From the human T2T-CHM13v2.0 reference genome, Homo sapiens, in NCBI RefSeq assembly GCF_009914755.1, contig NC_060948.1: 64,000 nt of DNA, one strand, 5' to 3'. This document shows positions 54,220 to 64,000 of this stretch, piece by piece. A program made the translations under genes and the position numbers. The notes beneath the pieces are model-generated. The model saw nothing but the letters and a program-made list of their open reading frames with translations, had not been told where the DNA came from and made no database searches. Position 1 is the stretch's first letter. Every line of letters starts with the position of its first letter.

Positions 54220-56865
54220 ATGGATTGGAAAGGAATAGAATGGAATGGAATGGAATTGACTCAAATGGAATGGACTAGAATGGAATGGATTCGAATGGAA
54301 TGGAATGTCATGGAATGGCATCAAATGGAATGGCATCAAATGGAATGGAATCGAATGCAATGGAATGCTATGGAATGGAATGGAATGCATTGGAATGGAA
54401 TGTCCTCTAATGGAATGGATTCGAGTGGAATGGAATTGAATATAATGGAGTCGAATGAAATGGAATTGAAAGGAATGGGATCGAATACAATGGAATATAC
54501 TGGAATGTAACGTAATGAACTCGAATGTAATTGACTGGAATGGAATGTACATGAATGGAATGTAATCGAATGGAAAGTAATCCAATGGAATAGAATCTAA
54601 TGCAATAAAATCGACTCAGATAGAGTAGAATGTAATGGAATGGAGTGCAGTGCAATGGAATGGAATGGAATGGAATGCAATGGAATGGAATGGAATGGAA
54701 TGGAATGGAATGGAATGGAATGGGATGGAATGGTATGGAATGGATAGTAATGGACTGGAGTGAAATGGACTGGAAAGGAATGGACTCAAATTGAAAGGGC
54801 TCGAAAGGAATGGAGTCAAATGGAATGGTCTGGAATGGAATGAACACGAATGTAATGCAATCCAATAGAATGGAATCGAATGGCATGGAATATAAAGAAA
54901 TGGAATCGAAGAGAATGGAAACAAATGGAATGGAATTGAATGGAATGGAATTGAATGGAATGTGAACGAATGGAGTGAAATTGTATGCAGTAGAAGAGAA
55001 TAGAATGGAATGCAAGCGAAAGGAAAGGAATGGATTGGAATGGAATGGAATTCATTGGAATGGAAGGGAATGTAGTGTAATGGACAGGCCTGGAATAAAG
55101 TGGAATGCTACGGTCTCGAATGGAATAAAAATGTATGGAATGGAATGCAATGAAACGGAATCGAATGTCATAGAATGTAATGGAATGCAAAAAAATGGAA
55201 TCCAAAATCATTGACTGGAAAGGCTGGGTGTCGAAAGGAATTGAATCCAATGGAATGGAATCGAATGGAATGGAAGTGAATAGAATCGAACTAAATCGAA
55301 TGGAATGGAATTGATAGGAACGGAATGGAAAGGAATGCAATGATTTGGCATGGAATGGAATCGAATGGCATCGAATGGAATGGAATGCAATGCAATGGAA
55401 TGGAATGTATTAGAATGTAATGAACTTTAATGGAATGTACTCGAATGGATTCGACTGGAATGGAATGTTCTGGAAGTGAATGGACTCCAATGGAATGGAT
55501 TCAAAAGGAATGGAATCGTACGGAATGGAATCTAATGGAATGGAATTAAATGGAAATGAATCAAATTGAATAGCACGGAATTGAATTGAATGGAATGGAA
55601 TGCAATGGAATCTAATGAAACGGAAAGGAAAGGAATGGAATGGAATGGAATGGACTGGAATGGAAAGGAATCGAAACGAATGGAATGGAATCGAACTGAA
55701 GAGACTGGAATGGAATGCACTGGAATGGAAGGGAGTGTAATGGAAGGTTGTCGAAAAAAATGGAATCGAATGGAATGGAATTGAATGGAACGGAATAGAG
55801 TCGAATGGAATTGAATGGAATGGAATGGACTAGAGTGAAATGGAATCGAACCACAAGGAATGGACAGGAATAGAATGGTCTCGAATTGAATGGAATCGTA
55901 TGGAATGGCATCAAACGGAATGGAATGGACAGCCACGGAATGGAATGCACTCGAATGCAATGGAGTCGAAACTAATGGACTGGAATAGAATGGACTCGAC
56001 TGGTACGGACTCCAATGGAATGGAATCGAATGGAAGGGAATCGAACGGAAGGGAATCGAACGGAATGGACTCGAAGGGAAAAGACTGCAATAGAAAGGTC
56101 TCGAATGGAATGGAAATTAATGGAATGGAATGGAATCGAATGAAATGGAGTCAAAAGGAATGGAATCGAATGGCAAGAAATGGAATGTAATGGAATCGCC
56201 AGGAATTGATGTGAACGGAGCGGAATGGAATGGAATCCAAAGGAATGGAATAGAATGGAATTGAATCGAATGGAAAGGACTCGAATGGAAATCACTCGAA
56301 TAGAATGCAATTTAATAAAATAGGATCAAATGTAATGGAATGGAATGGAAAGGAATCGAAACGAAAGGAATGGAGACAGATGGAATGGAATGGAACAGAG
56401 AGCAATGGTATAGAATGGAATGGAATCATCTGGAATGGAATTGAATGGAATGGAATGGAATGCCCTTGAATTAAATGGACTGGAATGGAATGGACTCAAA
56501 CAGAGTGGAATGGAAAGTGTTGAGATAGAATGGAATGAACTCCTTTGGAATGGTCTAGTAGGCAATGCAATCGACTGGCAGGGAATCAAAAGGAATGTAA
56601 TCGAATGGATTGGACTGGAATGCAATGGACTCGAATAGATTGGAAACGGAATGCAAAGGAATGGAATGGAATAGTATGGAATGGAATGGAAAGGAATGGA
56701 GTGGAATAGACTAGAGTGGAATGGAATGGACTGGAAAGCAATGGACTGGAATGGAACTTTCTTGAATGGACTGGAATCAAACGGAATGGAATGCAATGCA
56801 ATCAAATGGCATGGAATAAAATAGAATGAAAGAGAATCAAATGGAATTGAATCGAATGGAATCGA
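54220..56865 (+). repeat. Short variant unit D' in HOR copy 2 (2646 bp)
   Basis: Junction at 54291-54300; equals unit 38308 shifted by +15912. Confidence 0.92.
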
Positions 56866-59800
56866 ATGGATTGGAAAGGAATAGAACGGAATGGAATGGA
56901 ATTGACTCAAATGGAATGGACTAGAATGGAATGGATTCGAATGGAAGGCAAAGGAATGGAATCTATTGGAATGGACTGTAATGGAATGGAATGGAAGGGA
57001 TTGGAATGGACTCGAATGGAATGGACTGCAATAGAAAGGATTCGAATGGAATGAAAAAGAATTGAATGGAATAGAACAGAATGGAATCAAATCGAATGAA
57101 ATGGAATGGAATAGAAAGGAATGGAATGAAATGGAATGGAAAGGATTCGAATGGAATGCAATCGAATGGAATGGAATCGAACGGAATGGAATAAAATGGA
57201 AGAAAACTGGCAAGAAATGGAATCGAAATGAATGGAGTGTTATGGAACGGACTCAAAAGGAATTGAATGTAATAGAATGGAGTGGAGTGGACTCGAATAT
57301 AATGGACTGGAATGGAATGAAATCACATGGAATGGGAACGAATGGAATGGAATGGAAAGGAATGGAATCGAATGGAAAGGAATCGAATGGAAGGGAATGA
57401 AATTGAATCAACAGGAATGGAAGGGAATAGAATAGACGGTAATGGAATGGACTCGAATAGAATGGACACGAATGCTCAAATTGAATGGACTCGAATGGAA
57501 TGGAAACGAAAGGAATGTCATCGAATGGAATTGAATCGATTGGAATGAAATCGCATAGAATGGAGTGGAATCAAATGGAATTGAATCGAAAGGAAAGGAA
57601 GCGAATGGACTGAAATGAAATGGAATGGAATTGAATGGAAAGTAATGCAATGGAATAGAATGGAACGAAATTTCACGGAATGGAATCAAACTGAATGGAA
57701 TCAAATCAATGGAATCCAATCAAATGGAATGGAGTAGATTGGATTGAATGGGATTGGAATGAAATGTACTGGAAAGGACTCGAATTTCATGAAACGGAAT
57801 GGAATGAATTGGAACGGAATGGACTCGAATGGAATGGAATGTCATAGAATGGCATCAAATGGAATGGCATCAAATGGAATGGAATCGAATGCAATGGAAT
57901 GCTATGGAATGGAATGGAATGCATTGGAATGGAATGTCCTCTAATGGAATGGATTCGAGTGGAATGGAATCGAATATAATGGAGTCGAATGAAATGGAAT
58001 TGAAAGGAATGGGATCGAATACAATGGAATATACTGGAATGTAATGTAATTAACTGGAATGTAATTGAATGGAATGGAATGTACATGAATGGAATGTAAT
58101 CGAATGGAAAGTAATCCAATGGAATAGAATCTAATGCAATAAAATCGACTCAGATAGAGTAGAATGTAATGGAATGGAGTGCAGTGCAATGGAATGGAAT
58201 GGAATGGAATGCAATGGAATGGAATGGAATGGAATGGAATGGAATGGAATGGGATGGAATGGTATGGAATGGATAGTAATGGACTGGAGTGAAATGGACT
58301 GGAAAGGAATGGACTCAAATTGAAAGGGCTCGAAAGGAATGGAGTCAAATGGAATGGTCTGGAATGGAATGAACACGAATGTAATGCAACCCAATAGAAT
58401 GGAATCGAATGGCATGGAATATAAAGAAATGGAATCGAAGAGAATGGAAACAAATGGAATGGAATTGAATGGAATGGAATTGAATGGAATGGGAACGAAT
58501 GGAGTGAAATTGTATGCAGTAGAATGGAATAGAATGGAATGCAAGCGAAAGGAAAGGAATGGATTGGAATGGAATGGAATTCATTGGAATGGAAGGGAAT
58601 GTAGTGTAATGGACAGGCCTGGAATAAAGTGGAATGCTACGGTCTCGAATGGAATAAAAATGTATGGAATGGAATGCAATGAAACGGAATCGAATGTCAT
58701 AGAATGTAATGGAATGCAAAAAAATGGAATCCAAAATCATTGACTGGAAAGGCTGGGTGTCGAAAGGAATTGACTCCAATGGAATGGAATCGAATGGAAT
58801 GGAAGTGAATAGAATCGAACTAAATCGAATGGAATGGAATTGATAGGAACGGAATGGAAAGGAATGCAATGATTTGGCATGGAATGGAATCGAATGGCAT
58901 CGAATGGAATGGAATGGAATGCAATGGAATGGAATGTATTAGAATGTAGTGAACATTAATGGAAGGTACTCGAATGGATTCGACTGGAATGGAATGTTCT
59001 GGAAGTGAATGGACTCCAATGGAATGGATTCGAAAGGAATGGAATCGAACGGAATGGATTCTAATGGAATGGAATTAAATGGAAATGAATCAAATTGAAT
59101 AGCACGGAATTGAATTGAATGGAATCGAATGCAATGGAATCTAATGAAACGGAAAGGAAAGAATGGAATGGAATAGAATGGGCTGGAATGGAAAGGAATC
59201 GAAACGAATGGAATGGAATCGAACTGAAGAGACTGGAATGGAATGCACTGGAATGGAAGGGAGTGTAATGGAAGGTTCTCGAAAAAAATGGAATCGAATG
59301 GAATGGAATTGAATGGAAAAGAATAGAGTCGAACGGAATTGAATGGAATGGAATGGACTAGAGTGAAATGGAATCGAACCACAAGGAATGGACTGGAATA
59401 GAATGGTCTCGAATTGAATGGAATCGTATGGAATGGCATCAAACGGAATGGAATGGACAGCCACGGAATGGAATGCACTCGAATGCAATGGAGTCGAAAC
59501 TAATGGACTGGAATAGAATGGACTCGACTGGTACGGACTCCAATGGAATGGAATCGAATGGAAGGGAATCGAACGGAAGGGAATCGGACGGAATGGACTC
59601 GAAGAGAAAAGACTGCAATGGAAAGGTCTCGAATGGAATGGAAATTAATGGAATGGAATGGAATCGAATGAAATGGAGTCAAAAGGAATGGAATCGAATG
59701 GCAAGAAATCGAATGTAATGGAATCGCAAGGAATTGATGTGAACGGAACGGAATGGAATGGAATCCAAAGGAATGGAATAGAATGGAATGGAATCGAATG

Positions 59801-60423
59801 GAAAGGACTCCAATGGAAATCACTCGAATAGAATGCAATTTAATAAAATAGGATCAAATGTAATGGAATGGAATGGAAAGGAATCGAAACGAAAGGAATG
59901 GAGACAGATGGAATGGAATGGAACAGAGAGCAATGGTATAGAATGGAATGGAATCATCTGGAATGGAATTGAATGGAATGGAATAATATGAAATGGAATG
60001 GAATGGAATGGAATGGAATGCCCTTGAATTAAATGGACTGGAATGGAATGGACTCAAACAGAGTGGAATGGAAAGTGTTGAGATAGAATGGAATGAACTT
60101 CTTTGGAATGGTCTAGTAGGCAATGCAATCGATTGGCAGGGAATCAAAAGGAATGTAATCGAATGGATTGGACTGGAATGCAATGGACTCGAATAGATTG
60201 GAAACGGAATGCAAAGGAATGGAATGGAATAGTATGGAATGGAATGGAAAGGAATGGAGTGGAATAGACTAGAGTGGAATGGAATGGACTGGAAAGCAAT
60301 GGACTGGAATGGAACTTTCTTGAATGGACTGGAATCAAACGGAATGGAATGCAATGCAATCAAATGGCATGGAATAAAATAGAATGAAAGAGAATCAAAT
60401 GGAATTGAATCGAATGGAATCGA

Positions 60424-63400
60424 ATGGATTGGAAAGGAATAGAATGGAATGGAATGGAATGGACTCAAATGGAATGGACTAGAATGGAATGGATTCGAAT
60501 GGAAGGCAAAGGAATGGAATCTATTGGAATGGACTGTAATGGAATGGAATGGAAGGGATTGGAATGGACTCGAATGGAATGGACTGCAATAGAAAGGATT
60601 CGAATGGAATGAAAAAGAATTGAATGGAATAGAACAGAATGGAAACAAATCGAATGAAATGGAATGGAATAGAAAGGAATGGAATGAAATGGAATGGAAA
60701 GGATTCGAATGGAATGCAATCGAATGGAATGGAATCGAACGGAATGGAATAAAATGGAAGAAAACTGGCAAGAAATGGAATCGAAATGAATGGAGTGTTA
60801 TGGAACGGACTCAAAAGGAATTGAATGTAATAGAATGGAGTGGAGTGGACTCGAATATAATGGACTGGAATGGAATGAAATCACATGGAATGGGAACGAA
60901 TGGAATGGAATGGAAAGGAATGGAATCGAATGGAAAGGAATCGAATGGAAGGGAATGAAATTGAATCAACAGGAATGGAAGGGAATAGAATAGACGGTAA
61001 TGGAATGGACTCGAATAGAATGGACACGAATGCTCAAATTGAATGGACTCGAATGGAATGGAAACGAAAGGAATGTCATCGAATGGAATTGAATCGATTG
61101 GAATGAAATCGCATAGAATGGAGTGGAATCAAATGGAATTGAATCGAAAGGAAAGGAAGCGAATGGACTGAAATGAAATGGAATGGAATTGAATGGAAAG
61201 TAATGCAATGGAATAGAATGGAACGAAATTTCACGGAATGGAATCAAACTGAATGGAATCAAATCAATGGAATCAAATCAAATGGAATGGAAAGGAATTG
61301 AATGGAGTAGATTGGATTGGATGGGATTGGAATGAAATGTACTGGAAAGGACTCGAATTTCATGAAACGGAATGGAATGAATTGGAACGGAATGGACTCG
61401 AATGGAATGGAATGTCATGGAATGGCATCAAATGGAATGGCATCAAATGGAATGGAATCGAATGCAATGGAATGCTATGGAATGGAATGGAATGCATTGG
61501 AATGGAATGTCCTCTAATGGAATGGATTCGAGTGGAATGGAATCGAATATAATGGAGTCGAATGAAATGGAATTGAAAGGAATGGGATCGAATACAATGG
61601 AATATACTGGAATGTAATGTAATGAACTCGAATGTAATTGACTGGAATGGAATGTAATCGAATGGAAAGTAATCCAATGGAATAGAATCTAATGCAATAA
61701 AATCGACTCAGATAGAGTAGAATGTAATGGAATGGAGTGCAGTGCAATGGAATGGAATGGAATGGAATGCAATGGAATGGAATGGAATGGAATGGAATGG
61801 AATGGAATGGAATGGAATGGAATGGGATGGAATGGTATGGAATGGATAGTAATGGACTGGAATGAAATGGACTGGAAAAGAATGGACTCAAATTGAAAGG
61901 GCTCGAAAGGAATGGAGTCAAATGGAATGGTCTGGAAAGGAATGAACACGAATGTAATGCAATCCAATAGAATGGAATCAAATGGCATGGAATATAAAGA
62001 AATGGAATCGAAGAGAATGGAAACAAATGGAATGGAATTGAATGGAATGGAATTGAATGGAATGGGAACGAATGGAGTGAAATTGTATGTAGTAGAAGAG
62101 AATAGAATGGAATGCAAGCGAAAGGAAAGGAATGGATTGGAATGGAATGGAATTCATTGGAATGGAAGGGAATGTAGTGTAATGGACAGGCCTGGAATAA
62201 AGTGGAATGCTACGGTCTCGAATGGAATAAAAATGTATGGAATGGAATGCAATGAAACGGAATCGAATGTCATAGAATGTAATGGAATGCAAAAAAATGG
62301 AATCCAAAATCATTGACTGGAAAGGCTGGGTGTCGAAAGGAATTGACTCCAATGGAATGGAATCGAATGGAATGGAAGTGAATAGAATCGAACTAAATCG
62401 AATGGAATGGAATTGATAGGAACGGAATGGAAAGGAATGCAATGATTTGGCATGGAATGGAATCGAATGGCATCGAATGGAATGGAATGGAATGCAATGG
62501 AATGGAATGTATTAGAATGTAATGAACTTTAATGGAATGTACTCGAATGGATTCGACTGGAATGGAATGTTCTGGAAGTGAATGGACTCCAATGGAATGG
62601 ATTCAAAAGGAATGGAATCGTACGGAATGGAATCTAATGGAATGGAATTAAATGGAAATGAATCAAATTGAATAGCACGGAATTGAATTGAATGGAAAGG
62701 AATGCAATGGAATCTAATGAAACGGAAAGGAAAGGAATGGAATGGAATGGAATGGACTGGAATGGAAAGGAATCGAAACGAATGGAATGGAATCGAACTG
62801 AAGAGACTGGAATGGAATGCACTGGAATGGAAGGGAGTGTAATGGAAGGTTCTCGAAAAAAATGGAATCGAATGGAATGGAATTGAATGGAACGGAATAG
62901 AGTCGAATGGAATTGAATGGAATGGAATGGACTAGAGTGAAATGGAATCGAACCACAAGGAATGGACAGGAATAGAATGGTCTCGAATTGAATGGAATCG
63001 TATGGAATGGCATCAAACGGAATGGAATGGACAGCCACGGAATGGAATGCACTCGAATGCAATGGAGTCGAAACTAATGGACTGGAATAGAATGGACTCG
63101 ACTGGTACGGACTCCAATGGAATGGAATCGAATGGAAGGGAATCGAACGGAAGGGAATCGAACGGAATGGACTCGAAGGGAAAAGACTGCAATGGAAAGG
63201 TCTCGAATGGAATGGAAATTAATGGAATGGAATGGAATCGAATGAAATGGAGTCAAAAGGAATGGAATCGAATGGCAAGAAATCGAATGTAATGGAATCG
63301 CAAGGAATTGATGTGAACGGAACGGAATGGAATGGAATCCAAAGGAATGGAATAGAATGGAATGGAATCGAATGGAAAGGACTCCAATGGAAATCACTCG

Positions 63401-63997
63401 AATAGAATGCAATTTAATAAAATAGGATCAAATGTAATGGAATGGAATGGAAAGGAATCGAAACGAAAGGAATGGAGACAGATGGAATGGAATGGAACAG
63501 AGAGCAATGGTATAGAATGGAATGGAATCATCTGGAATGGAATTGAATGGAATGGAATAATATGAAATGGAATGGAATGGAATGGAATGGAATGCCCTTG
63601 AATTAAATGGACTGGAATGGAATGGACTCAAACAGAGTGGAATGGAAAGTGTTGAGATAGAATGGAATGAACTTCTTTGGAATGGTCTAGTAGGCAATGC
63701 AATCGACTGGCAGGGAATCAAAAGGAATGTAATCGAATAGATTGGACTGGAATGCAATGGACTCGAATAGATTGGAAACGGAATGCAAAGGAATGGAATG
63801 GAATAGTATGGAATGGAATGGAAAGGAATGGAGTGGAATAGACTAGAGTGGAATGGAATGGACTGGAAAGCAATGGACTGGAATGGAACTTTCTTGAATG
63901 GACTGGAATCAAACGGAATGGAATGCAATGCAATCAAATGGCATGGAATAAAATAGAATGAAAGAGAATCAAATGGAATTGAATCGAATGGAATCGA
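60424..63997 (+). repeat. Last full DYZ1 unit (3574 bp)
   Basis: Landmark at 60424 and 63998; ORF offset 60144/63718 = 3574. Carries a private 15-bp deletion at ~61650. Confidence 0.85.
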
Positions 63998-64000
63998 ATG

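Larger units (their letters stand above)
42312..58520 (+). repeat. 15,912-bp five-unit higher-order repeat, copy 2 (plus ~0.3 kb of shared flank)
   Basis: Same evidence as copy 1. Identity at lag 15912 first breaks at ~58525 (AGAATGGAAT vs AGAAGAGAAT at ~42613), and clearly divergent sequence starts at ~58949. Confidence 0.92.
1..64000 (+). repeat. DYZ1: Human satellite 3 array, DYZ1 (Yq12 heterochromatin) ~3.6-kb tandem repeat; GGAAT strand on +
   Basis: Seen: continuous GGAAT pentamers and variants (CGAAT, GGACT, TGAAT, GCAAT, AGAAT). Unique landmarks recur every ~3.56 kb, and the first period is exactly 3564 bp (ORF starts 19 and 3583). One GAATTC (1745-1750) and one AGGCCT (1783-1788) per unit. 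Established: DYZ1 is the male-specific 3.4-3.6 kb EcoRI/HaeIII repeat, with a 3564-bp prototype made of TTCCA pentamers. The chromosome assignment comes from recognition, not from a database search. Confidence 0.95.

Noticed and set aside
19-63937. Hundreds of 60-320 aa ORFs (MEWNG / FHSIP repeats)
   Set aside because: They are direct translations of (GGAAT)n/(ATTCC)n, which has no stop codon in any frame and supplies frequent ATGs on the + strand. They overlap in all frames, show no domains, and their boundaries change with random SNVs and indels.
1-64000. CRISPR-like repeat/spacer array or prokaryotic system
   Set aside because: There are no unique spacers, no constant direct repeat and no cas or other genes. 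The whole window is eukaryotic satellite DNA.
1-64000. Inversion, Alu/L1 insertion or DYZ2 (HSat1B) block
   Set aside because: No switch to ATTCC polarity, no AT-rich or Alu-derived segment and no poly(A) tail or target-site duplication were seen.
1-64000. CpG island or promoter inferred from the many TCGA sites
   Set aside because: GC content is low, and the CpGs come from the standard CGAAT pentamer variant of HSat2/3.

Overview
The whole 64 kb window is one uninterrupted, single-orientation array of diverged (GGAAT)n/(ATTCC)n pentamers. It is human satellite 3 organised in ~3.55-3.58 kb units, matching DYZ1 of Yq12 heterochromatin (3,564-bp first unit; one EcoRI and one HaeIII/StuI site per unit). 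I see no genes, transposons, RNA genes or inversions, and all ORFs are artefacts of the 15-bp/5-aa periodicity. The window holds 19 units. Lengths between a common landmark starting at 19 are 3564, 3554, 3569, 3569, 3579, 3579, 3584, 3583, then [3534, 2656, 3518, 2646, 3558] twice, then 3574. The most interesting signals are: (1) a near-identical 15,912-bp five-unit higher-order tandem duplication containing an older ~6.17-kb dimer duplication; (2) a 903-bp microhomology-flanked, pentamer-in-phase deletion present four times; (3) three perfect, partly polymorphic heat-shock elements (nGAAnnTTCnnGAAn) per unit; (4) local clades, mosaic units and a divergent patch that record the array's expansion history. 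All comparisons were made by eye and with the ORF track, so variant counts are minimums. I found no evidence of a new protein-coding system.
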